Virus record (IMG/VR): IMGVR_UViG_3300042731_007874 | Length of the DNA: 64,000 bases | Origin: a virus | Strand: one strand, 5' to 3' | Shown here: piece after piece, positions 50,637 through 59,830 of the stretch | Layout of the letters: every line of letters starts with the position of its first letter | Position numbering within the stretch: the stretch's first letter is position 1 | Translations under genes and position numbers: made by a program | Notes under the pieces: generated by a model | Database searches by the model: none | What the model was told of the DNA's origin: nothing | Seen by the model: the letters and a program-made list of their open reading frames with translations, nothing else

Positions 50637-51278
50637 ATGATTGATTTCTTAGAGAATCTTAAAGAACAATTTATAAGCGGAGAAGAAGTTTTTCCTGAAA
50701 AGCCTAGTGAGAATTGGTTTTGGCGGCTTTTAGATAAAATTAGAAAACCGCCAAGTTATACATTTTTTAAATATAGAGACTTATTTCTTCTTGGTCCGCG
50801 CAGAAGTGGAAAAACAACTTTTATAAGATCTATAATAGATCATTATCTTCAATTTAAAACATCTATTGCCTTAGTTGCTCCAAATAGAGGTTTTCACATT
50901 ACTAGTTCAACAGGAGTAAGAATACCGGTTATTGGAAATTCTTATGAACTAAAAGGTAGGCTCTATGACCTTATTCTCGTAGAAGAAGCCGCCTTTATTA
51001 AGGAGTCTCTTCTTAAAGAAGTTATTAGTCATTCAGAAAGTAGGAAACTTTTTGTTTCTAGTCCAAAAGTAGTTAATTATTGGATTGACAGTAAAGGTCG
51101 GGTAAAAACAGGTTGTTTGTTTTTTGATCTTTGGAATTCTTATCCCGCAAATAAATTTTCTTTAGGAGGAAAATTCTTAATAAAGAATTATAGAGATTTT
51201 GTTACGGACTTAAAAGATGATGTTGTGCAAACTGAAATTTATGGACAGTGGGTTTTACAAGAAAAGGATTGTCAATGA
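50637..51278 (+). CDS. Stand-alone terminase-ATPase-like P-loop protein
   Basis: GPRRSGKTT Walker A, ILVEEAAF Walker B, FVSSP motif III; no nuclease domain. Confidence 0.6.
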   Translation: MIDFLENLKEQFISGEEVFPEKPSENWFWRLLDKIRKPPSYTFFKYRDLFLLGPRRSGKTTFIRSIIDHYLQFKTSIALVAPNRGFHITSSTGVRIPVIGNSYELKGRLYDLILVEEAAFIKESLLKEVISHSESRKLFVSSPKVVNYWIDSKGRVKTGCLFFDLWNSYPANKFSLGGKFLIKNYRDFVTDLKDDVVQTEIYGQWVLQEKDCQ

Positions 51279-52325
51279 ACAAAACAGCTTTAAGTCGTGC
51301 ACTTGAAATGTTAGAAAACCACATGAATTATTTTCATGATGAATTTAAAGAAGAGCTAGAGTGGCCTTCTATTAGTCTTGGGCCAGAAAATGATTCGGTT
51401 GCTGTCTACTGGAAAGAACCGGAATATGAACTTTTGGTTAATGTTCCTGCTGAAGGAGACGCTTCTTATTATGGAAGTTCTATATTTAACAGACAAGAGA
51501 TGAACTTGCTGATTCAGCAGTTGGAAAAAATTTCCCCTAGTCTTTGTGCCTCGCTTGGTGTTTCGTTTGAGATTAGAGGCAGCTTTAACCCAAAAGAGAT
51601 AAATAAAAAGTTTTTAAAACTGTGGATAGATCTTTAAATAAACTTATTCTAAATTCGAGAATATAGAAGGAGAAAGTAATGAATAGCAATATAGATAAGT
51701 TATTTAAGGCAATGAATTATAAAAACAATTATCTTAACGCTCTTAATGGGAACATTGACAAGCAACTGGAAATGGATCCAGAACTAAAAGAATTTGAGTA
51801 TATTTTTAGAGATTTTATGCTAGAATGTGCTGGTTGGGACGAGGTTAAAGGCTTTTTAGAAGATATTTTCTTAAAAAACTTTACAGCTCCTGAGATTAAA
51901 GAACTAACTGACTTTTTTAACTCTTCTCTTGGGAAAAAATATCTAGAAGTTTCTACTCATAGTTCAGCAGAGATATATAATCTTGGTGCAAAAAACATAA
52001 TAGAGAACCAACAAGAACTTAATAAGAAGCTAGAAGTTGCAGAGCTTAGAAGAAAGATTAAATCATTAACTGATTGATCGGAGCGAGGTAATGAATCAAT
52101 CAAGAATAGACGAGATTAGAGAAATTATAAGACAGAACGAGGTTGAACCCAATTATAGTTTGGGGTGGCCGTTCTGCGGGTCAGCATGGTCTGACCTTCA
52201 GCTTGAACCTGGCCGTTATATAGAGGTCATGTCGGACAAAAAGACTGTTGAAATGAGAATAACAACTATCGGTCATCAAAAGCATAACAGACCTAATGTT
52301 GTATCAACAGGAGGTATTTAAGGTA

Positions 52326-52735
52326 ATGAAATACAATACTAAGATTGACGGCTATATGGCGCAGTAAAAGATGTTACACCTGAATTTATAAGAAAAAATA
52401 ATATTAAAGCAACTGTTTCTGTTTGTGAAAAAGACACTCCGGTAATTGGAGATGTCTGTCAATTCAAAGTCAAGATGTCTGATCCACTAGAGACTTTGGC
52501 CTCTGACAATCCAATCAACGAAGCTGTAGAAGTATTTAACATGGCTAAAACTATTGCTGACAACAGATCTGGAAATGTTTTTATCCACTGTGTCCATGGG
52601 CATAATAGATCAAGACTAACAGTTGCTTTGTGGCTAGTAAAATACAAACAATGGTCCTTGAAAGATGCTGCTAAATTTGTTCAGGTTAAAGACAACAAGC
52701 CCTGGATGAAAGATTTTGGTTTTGTTTGGGAATAA
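52326..52735 (+). pseudogene. Dual-specificity/protein tyrosine phosphatase; probable frameshift near 52350 (intact ORF 52475..52735)
   Basis: HCVHGHNRS (HCxxGxxRS); the reading frame extends upstream as RLYGAVKDV..., but the RBS-linked ATG at 52326 is out of frame. Confidence 0.65.
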
Positions 52736-52746
52736 TCTGATTTTTC

Positions 52747-52775
52747 TTGACATCTATGCGTTTATTAAATAAAAT
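52747..52775 (+). promoter_or_regulatory. Sigma70-like promoter
   Basis: TTGACA-N17-TAAAAT. Confidence 0.6.
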
Positions 52776-52789
52776 AGTTATATTGGAAT

Positions 52790-53054
52790 GTGGACGACAA
52801 AGTCAAAAAGCAGCTCGTAGAATATAAAGGCGGCAGTTGCGTACTGTGCGGTTACAAGAAATGCTTAGCTGCTCTCCATTTCCATCATATTAACCCCTTC
52901 GAAAAAAAACTTTGCAATTAGCGAGAAAGCTACCTTTTCTAAAGAAGTCATTGAAGAGCTAGAGGGGTGCGTTTTATTGTGTAATCGGTGTCACGCCGAA
53001 TACCATGCGGGGATGGTAGACTTAGAATTATTAATAGATCTTGCAGAAAATTGA
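52790..53054 (+). pseudogene. HNH endonuclease with a +1 frameshift in an A8 run (missed by the ORF track)
   Basis: KGGSCVLCGY..C.AALHFHH.NP.EK then (+1) FAIS...CVLLCNRCHAEYH. Confidence 0.8.
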
Positions 53055-53078
53055 CAAGGACATTTCTTGTGTTATATT
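53051..53078 (+). promoter_or_regulatory. Sigma70-like promoter upstream of Hsp20
   Basis: TTGACA-N16-TATATT. Confidence 0.5.
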
Positions 53079-53082
53079 TTGA

Positions 53083-53532
53083 TTGCTAGCAATTTTGCTA
53101 GTTAGTGGCGATTATGCCAAAACATTTATGGAGGTGTTTAGAATGGTTAGTTCATCTATCTTAGCAGACAATCTTTACAATTTGTTCTTTTCTTGGCCGA
53201 CAGAAGCAAAACCACCAATTGAGAAGATTCCATTTTATAATGAAGATGGAGAGTTAGAAAAGGTAGAGATTCAAATGGCTTTAGCAGGGTTTAGAAAAGA
53301 AGATATTAATATCGAATGTGATGACAAGCTCTTGTATATTTCTGGATCTAATGCCAATTGCGAAGAAATCTCAAAAAGATTTACTTGTTCGTTTTCTCAT
53401 AAAATTGCATATACGAGTCAATTGAACATGTCTGATTCTGAAATTATTTTTGAGAATGGTTTCTTGAGAATAATTATCCCTGCCATCGAGGTAAAGAAGA
53501 CCAGAATGTCCTTATTTGGAACTCGACACTAA
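53083..53532 (+). CDS. Small heat-shock protein (Hsp20/IbpA-like); true start probably downstream
   Basis: MALAGFRKEDINI...LYISG...FENGFLRIIIP. Confidence 0.85.
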   Translation: MLAILLVSGDYAKTFMEVFRMVSSSILADNLYNLFFSWPTEAKPPIEKIPFYNEDGELEKVEIQMALAGFRKEDINIECDDKLLYISGSNANCEEISKRFTCSFSHKIAYTSQLNMSDSEIIFENGFLRIIIPAIEVKKTRMSLFGTRH

Positions 53533-54263
53533 TTAAGTGATATAATAATCTCTGGCGAATAAGTTTAGGCCATTGCGTCAGAGGTTTCATCTCCTTCCTC
53601 TGGCGTTTTGGTCCGTCATGTGCTAAACTTATTGAGGAATCATTCTCTTTTAATAGGAGATGCATATGGCAAATGGAACTAGCTCTAATTTAGTAAAAAT
53701 TATATCATTTATTGTTTCAATCATTGTTTTAACTGCCGGTGTTGTGCTTTGGGCGGCAAACTCTCATTCTGAAATAAAGGAATGGGCCGCTGACAGAGAT
53801 CATGCTGTAAAAATAGAAATTAAGGAAGATACTTCAGACAAATACGTAAGGAACAAAGACTTCATACAAATAAAGACATTGTTTGAAGAACATACAAAGC
53901 AACATCAGGAAATTCTTGAAAAGATAAATAAAATAGAAGAAAAATTAGATAAACGATCCCAAAGGCGTTAAAATGCGGAACAACAATCTTGTAAATTTAG
54001 GAAAGTTACGGGAATCTCTTAAGCTTTTGATGAACCCGGAACTTCTTGGTAAATTAGCCGATCTGCTTGAGGCTATGGGAAGCGACAAGAACTCATTTTT
54101 AAAACAATTTAATTTTTGGTTAGAGAAGAACGGGGAAGATTGTCGTTACGCAGAAATTGCGAAACAATTTTTTATAGAAGAAGAAGCAGAAGGCATTGCC
54201 AAACAGATTATAACGTTATATCATGATTGGGCGAGATATTACGAAAACAAAAAGGAGATTTAA

Positions 54264-54557
54264 ATGAGTGAGAAGTTTTTTGTTAGAAATGATTACATTC
54301 TGGTAGATATTCCGACGAAGGATGAAAGGAAAACTGAGGGAGGGATAATTGTTCCTCTGACAAAAGAAGAGAAAATCAAGAGAGCGGTTATTCTTCAAAT
54401 GTCACATGACGTTGCGGCTACAATTAATGCGGAAATAGGAGATACTATTCTTATTTATTCTGCCTCTGGCTTGAAGTGTGAGGAGTTTGGTTATTTAATT
54501 CAGGCAAGTAATATTTATGGAGTAGTAAGGAAAGACGAAGACAATGTCGTTAATTAG
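54264..54557 (+). CDS. groES: GroES-like co-chaperonin
   Basis: DYILV, KTEGGIIVP mobile loop, IGDTIL, NIYGVV. Confidence 0.8.
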   Translation: MSEKFFVRNDYILVDIPTKDERKTEGGIIVPLTKEEKIKRAVILQMSHDVAATINAEIGDTILIYSASGLKCEEFGYLIQASNIYGVVRKDEDNVVN

Positions 54558-54877
54558 AGTAAATCCCGCAGAAGAGCCTCCTCTCAAAGGTGAATCTTGG
54601 TGGGTTGTTCACCCTAACAACAAGAGATGTGTCTTTGATGCGCCTATAGGAGCAATAACTATTTGTCAAAAAAGTTATAGAGGGTTTAGAGAAGGAACTG
54701 TTTACCAGATCGCCGGGAATGATACAAATTCCGGATGGATCACAATGGCAAACCAAGAAGAAGTGGTTCAAATGCCATATTATCTTTTTGCTAGATATTT
54801 TGACGCAGAAGCCTTTGTAAGACAAACTTCTGCTTCTTTTTCTAAGAATTCCTATCAAATGCAGCAACTAGAACTGT

Positions 54878-55477
54878 TTGAGGATTAAAATGAGACTTTT
54901 ATCCCATACTCATATTAACGGAAATGGAATAGAGTACAGAGATGAATATGCTCGTATTCTAGCAAGAGCCTGTAGAAAAAGGAACTACTCTCATTGTGTT
55001 GTTGGTTGTCACGGGAGCTATATCGCCTCAAAAGGAACAATGAAAGAAATTAAGAAGTTAGGCGTTACTCCCATCCGATTTGCAGAATTAGATATTTCTG
55101 TTCGTAATGTTTCTAAGTACAAAACCGCACATATTGCCTTTATTAATATTCCTGAAGCGCCGATTGAAGGGTATGTTCATTCAAAAGAAGGAGTAGATAT
55201 AGATAGAGTAATTCCTTATGCGAAAAAAGTAAACTGTAGAGTAGTTCTCTGTCATCCTTATTCAACAGATGAAATTCGTGCTTTTAGTGACTATATAGAC
55301 GGCTATGAACTAACTAACGGACTAGAAACTAGAAGTTTTTCTGACAGAGACGTATCAGAAGAGTTTCTTCATTTGGTTCAGTTTTCAGGAGCAGACTGGC
55401 ATGTTTGGGAAGGAGCAGGAGATCCTAGCTACTTTACCGAGCTACCAGATGATTGGTTTGGTGAACTATATGAATAA
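54878..55477 (+). CDS. PHP-family phosphoesterase-like protein
   Basis: SHTH, HI, HPY, ELTNG, GADWH. Confidence 0.65.
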   Translation: MRIKMRLLSHTHINGNGIEYRDEYARILARACRKRNYSHCVVGCHGSYIASKGTMKEIKKLGVTPIRFAELDISVRNVSKYKTAHIAFINIPEAPIEGYVHSKEGVDIDRVIPYAKKVNCRVVLCHPYSTDEIRAFSDYIDGYELTNGLETRSFSDRDVSEEFLHLVQFSGADWHVWEGAGDPSYFTELPDDWFGELYE

Positions 55478-55720
55478 AGAAAAAGTTTTTTATCCGTCCG
55501 CAGAAGACTACCAAGAATTAGAGAATGACCTAGTTGGATCAGATTGGCAATTGACTGTCAATCCCGGTTGTCCTTATTACGAGGTATGTTCTTATAGACG
55601 ATGGTTTTCAAAGTTCGCAGAATATTCAGATAATAATGTGACTTGGCTTGACGATGCTGGCTATTTTAGGACAGAGTACGGTCAAGGTTGCCATCCAAAT
55701 TATTCTACGTGGGGTAGTTA

Positions 55721-56521
55721 ATGGGAGGAAAAGGATCAGGTTCTCCTCGTGGGGAGATATTAAGACTAAATAATACCATTGAGATAAATGGGAAGATTGA
55801 AAAGACTGATTTCTTTAATTTTCTCAAGATGGACTTGGATGATTATGGCGATTTAGCCATGACCCCAGAAGAAGCCCTTGCTTTTAAGAACACTGTAGTC
55901 CGCATGACTTACGGGACTACCGCAGCAATCCCTCTGCATTGCTATGGAGTTAATTGTCTTAATAAGACTTGTCCTTTTCATAAAATGGGCCGCTATCCAT
56001 TAGGAAAACAATGCTATGTTGAAGTAGAGATGATCAAGCTTTTTACTATAAACTACATTGAAGAGCTTGGTGTAGATGTCGATTCAATGACAGAAATGAG
56101 CCTGGTGAATAAATTAGTAGAATTGGAGCTTATTGACTTTCGAGCTAATTTAGGTCTTTCTGGGAGTACAGATCAAGAAGCTGGATCTCTTTTGAAGAAG
56201 AACATAACAGAGACAGAGCAGATGACATCAGAGACGCTGGTCATTCATCCATTGTTGGACGCAAAAGATAAAATTCAAAGACAACGGAATCAAATATTAG
56301 ATTCATTTGTTGCCACTAGAAGAGAAAAGTACAAGAAGGCCGCAGCCCTTAAAAAAGAAGAAGGATCTGATGCTTCTAAAGAGTTAGCAGAACTTCGAAG
56401 AAGAAGTGAAGAGATGGCTAAAAAACAAGAAAACTTTGAAATAGAAAAGGTTGCTGAAAAAGTTAGAGAAAAGACAAACAATAAGATATTAGAAGGAGAT
56501 TGGGTGAGTGGTGAGTTCTAA
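55721..56521 (+). CDS. Hypothetical protein, possible terminase small subunit
   Basis: Position upstream of TerL, C..N.TCP motif and helical C-terminus; no diagnostic motif. Confidence 0.3.
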   Translation: MGGKGSGSPRGEILRLNNTIEINGKIEKTDFFNFLKMDLDDYGDLAMTPEEALAFKNTVVRMTYGTTAAIPLHCYGVNCLNKTCPFHKMGRYPLGKQCYVEVEMIKLFTINYIEELGVDVDSMTEMSLVNKLVELELIDFRANLGLSGSTDQEAGSLLKKNITETEQMTSETLVIHPLLDAKDKIQRQRNQILDSFVATRREKYKKAAALKKEEGSDASKELAELRRRSEEMAKKQENFEIEKVAEKVREKTNNKILEGDWVSGEF

Positions 56522-56524
56522 CAG

Positions 56525-58558
56525 ATGGGAAAGCTCAAGGAAGTATTTTTACATGACGAACTTCTCCAAGAAAATCTTCGATCTATTAGTTCGTGGGAAA
56601 AGACTCTTCGTGAACCTGCTCCGACTCCTAAAGTCAAAGCTGGCTTTACCCTAACCTATAAAGATTCTCAAAAACTAATAGAAAGCAATGATCTTCCATA
56701 TGGTAGACCAATGCGTTTTGTTGAGCCTTCTGGAGTTACTCCTATTTCTAGGGTTGCTCGAAATGAACCAAAAACGCTCTTAAATAAACTATTAACAAAA
56801 AAGAATATAAAAACAGCTGCTAGATATGCTGGTATCTTTACTGCTACAAATCTATTACTTCCAGGTCAGTTTTGGGCAAACGCCGTATCTTCTGCTGGTT
56901 TTGATGTCGCTAGACATGTCGCCAGCAAGAAAGGCATTACCGGATGGAAATCATTGGCAGTAGGAGTAGGAGGAAGTATTGCGGCTCATGCAATAATGGG
57001 AATTTCCTTTTCTGGGAAAGACGACTACTGGAACTCAATTGAGGGTTTATTTCATGGAGGAATGGCCGAAACACAAAGAAAACAACTAACTGAATTTGGA
57101 TCTGGTTGGGATTCTGCAAGAGCAATGGCTCGTTCTATCTATAAAGGAATGGACGAACAAGCCGCATTTGATAAATTTAGAAGAAGTGATTTGTTTAGAT
57201 CTGGTATCTCTAAAGCTTTACAAGGAGAAGGTAAGCTATTAGGTTCTGGTTTGACAGCAGATGCCTATGCCTATACGGCTTCAATTAAACACGGAATAGA
57301 AGGGGTTTCAGAAGAGCTTCCCTTCGTTGTTAAGAAAACAACAAACGAGAGAATAGAGAAGCAAATACTAGATAGGGCTGCCAGAAATATGAGCGATACT
57401 TCTATGGCGGCGATAAATAACCCAGCAAGAGAAGCAAGTTGGGCAGCGAAAGTTAAAGAAGAAGCTTCTGGATGGATTAATAATTTACAGGAAAAAACTA
57501 TTCAGGCCGAGGAAATGTCCTTGTCTAAAGCCGGGCAATATAATGCTCCTTCTCTTTATGGAACTGGAAAAGAATACGGAATAGGTAATGCAGTTATTAT
57601 GGAAAAGTTTGAAGGAGAAGTTCTTAAGGGTGGGTTATCTCTTAAAGAAGCGAAAGAAGCCTATTCTTCCTTAAAGAAAGTTCATCAAGCAGGAGTTACA
57701 CATACAGACCTTTGGAAAGAGAACTTATTCAGGACTAAAGAAGGCAATATTGGAATTCTTGACTTCGGGATGGCAAACAGATTAGAGGGAGAAGGAATCC
57801 ATGCAAAAGTTTGGAAAGGCAGAGAAGATATTATTCAAGAAGCAGCACAGTCTGTTTTAGGAAGAAAAACTTCGGATAGAGAATTTCAAGAGACTTTAGA
57901 TGTTTCTCGTCTTTACGCACATTATCTTGAAGGCCAGGGAAAGAAAACAGAAGCAGAAAAAATACATCGTTTCTATGGCTCTTTTTTGTCTTCGTCTTCT
58001 ACGTCCGGTTTAATTACAGAATCAGAAACTTTATTTAGAACCAAACTAGCAGCAGATAAAGCTTTGGGGACTGGTATCAAGGAAGAAATAGTCCCATATA
58101 TAAAAGCAACAAGAAAACCAACTGGATCTAATTTGGCTCATGCACAAACAGAATTGTTTGAGAATTCTATGGAGCGAGCGAAAACAAATGCATTTAAAGC
58201 TCCGGTCATACAGACAAAAACATCATCAGGATTAGGAACTTTAGAAGAACATGGTAGAGAAGCTTTTGCAGACACGATTCTGCAGCTTAATAGAGTTCCA
58301 AATGAGATTTTAGCCTCTCCGGTAGATAATGTTGCTTCTACTTTCGCCGCTGCACAACAATATTCTCCAACAAGAATTCAGCAGGATTTACAAATGGGAG
58401 TTAAAGCTCCTTCTGTAATGGCAAGTACAGCAGAGAGAAGAACTCAGGTAAGGAGAATAAAGAAATTTCAATCAGCCTCTATGGCTGCAACAGGACTAGG
58501 TTTTAAATCTGCAAAAAATGCAGGACGAAGACATAATAGGTTTTCAACACTTGGGTGA
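56525..58558 (+). CDS. Multidomain protein with an internal Ser/Thr-kinase-like domain
   Basis: LGSGLTADAY (Gly loop), VVKK, VIMEKF, HTDLWKEN (catalytic loop), LDFG. Confidence 0.8.
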   Translation: MGKLKEVFLHDELLQENLRSISSWEKTLREPAPTPKVKAGFTLTYKDSQKLIESNDLPYGRPMRFVEPSGVTPISRVARNEPKTLLNKLLTKKNIKTAARYAGIFTATNLLLPGQFWANAVSSAGFDVARHVASKKGITGWKSLAVGVGGSIAAHAIMGISFSGKDDYWNSIEGLFHGGMAETQRKQLTEFGSGWDSARAMARSIYKGMDEQAAFDKFRRSDLFRSGISKALQGEGKLLGSGLTADAYAYTASIKHGIEGVSEELPFVVKKTTNERIEKQILDRAARNMSDTSMAAINNPAREASWAAKVKEEASGWINNLQEKTIQAEEMSLSKAGQYNAPSLYGTGKEYGIGNAVIMEKFEGEVLKGGLSLKEAKEAYSSLKKVHQAGVTHTDLWKENLFRTKEGNIGILDFGMANRLEGEGIHAKVWKGREDIIQEAAQSVLGRKTSDREFQETLDVSRLYAHYLEGQGKKTEAEKIHRFYGSFLSSSSTSGLITESETLFRTKLAADKALGTGIKEEIVPYIKATRKPTGSNLAHAQTELFENSMERAKTNAFKAPVIQTKTSSGLGTLEEHGREAFADTILQLNRVPNEILASPVDNVASTFAAAQQYSPTRIQQDLQMGVKAPSVMASTAERRTQVRRIKKFQSASMAATGLGFKSAKNAGRRHNRFSTLG

Positions 58559-58618
58559 TATTAAAAATTATTGTATAATTAAATTGTATAGATCTTTCTA
58601 CTAGGAGGATGATGAGAT

Positions 58619-59050
58619 ATGTCGTTTTTAGGAAGAGCATTAGCTGGTGGATTAGCTGGCGGATTAATGACTGGAAACTGGGGAGGAGCTGCCGGAGGAG
58701 CCGCAATGGGTGGTTTGGGCTGGGGGGCTTTAAATAAGTTTGGAGGAGGATTGGGGGCGGCTGGATATATGAGAAAAGGTCTCAACATGGGAGTTAGAGG
58801 AATGAAGTCAGCAAGGAATTGGGCCATTGGAGGCGCACTAAGGAATGCAGGTGGTAGAGCAGGGGTTGCTTTTGGATTTGGTGCCGATGCTGCTCAACTA
58901 GGAATGAGAGGGCTAGGTACGGCAAGTAGTTTTATAGGTAGAAATGCGTTAAGGACAAATCGAGTTGCTGGTTATGCGGCTGGTGCTCTTGGCGTTGGTT
59001 CTGCTGCCTATATTGGTTCTTCTGTCCTTTCCTCAAATCGCGGATATTAA
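58619..59050 (+). CDS. Gly/Ala-rich hydrophobic protein (probable virion/membrane protein)
   Basis: GxxxG-rich composition. Confidence 0.55.
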   Translation: MSFLGRALAGGLAGGLMTGNWGGAAGGAAMGGLGWGALNKFGGGLGAAGYMRKGLNMGVRGMKSARNWAIGGALRNAGGRAGVAFGFGADAAQLGMRGLGTASSFIGRNALRTNRVAGYAAGALGVGSAAYIGSSVLSSNRGY

Positions 59051-59056
59051 ATTTAA

Positions 59057-59830
59057 ATGAACTGGTTTGATACAAACCCATATGGCTCTAATCCATCTTG
59101 GAGACAAGGAGCCGCATGGAATGCCCATACTTTTGGAAGACAGCAATTTGCTTCTTCCTTTGCCAGACAGGGTTTTGCATCAACTGTTTTTGCACCGACA
59201 CCAAAAGAAGCCTTTCTTAGCCCATTTAGAAAAACTCACAAGTATGGATCTCCAGAACATATAAGCGGGTTAAAAAGAATAGCCGCTGCTTATCCAGACA
59301 ATCCTGGTGTTTTAGATAGTTTAAAGAAAGCTTCTGCTTCAGCTGGCGCTGGAACTAAAACTGGACTTTTGTCTAGGGTTGCAGGGGCTGGCCTTATAAC
59401 TGCTTTTATAGCGATGCCTGCATTTACAACTCCTGGAAGTCCGAAAGAGAAAGCCAGAGCAGTTGTTGGAGGAGCTGCTGGTTTTGTTGGTTGGGAGATA
59501 GGTTCTAAGGTCGGGATGGGTACTGGTGCTGCTATTGGTAGTCTTATCCCTGGTGTTGGAACTGCAATTGGTGCTGGGGTTGGGTATTTAGCAGGAGGGC
59601 TTTTAGGAGCAATTGGAGCTGACGAAGGATTTCAGTCTTTGTCTAGAATTCCGGATAGAATGGTAGAAAGAGAAAGGTCTAGAAGAGGACTAAATTGGGT
59701 TAATAACCAAACTGCCTTTATGACTCAAGGAGCGCACACAATGAGACAACAGTCTCTACAAGCAATGAATAGAGGTCTAATGAATTCTCGTTCTATTCTA
59801 GGAAGAGAAGGAGTAATGCTCCACAAGTAA
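59057..59830 (+). CDS. Glycine-zipper membrane protein
   Basis: GAAIGSLIPGVGTAIGAGVG repeats. Confidence 0.6.
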   Translation: MNWFDTNPYGSNPSWRQGAAWNAHTFGRQQFASSFARQGFASTVFAPTPKEAFLSPFRKTHKYGSPEHISGLKRIAAAYPDNPGVLDSLKKASASAGAGTKTGLLSRVAGAGLITAFIAMPAFTTPGSPKEKARAVVGGAAGFVGWEIGSKVGMGTGAAIGSLIPGVGTAIGAGVGYLAGGLLGAIGADEGFQSLSRIPDRMVERERSRRGLNWVNNQTAFMTQGAHTMRQQSLQAMNRGLMNSRSILGREGVMLHK

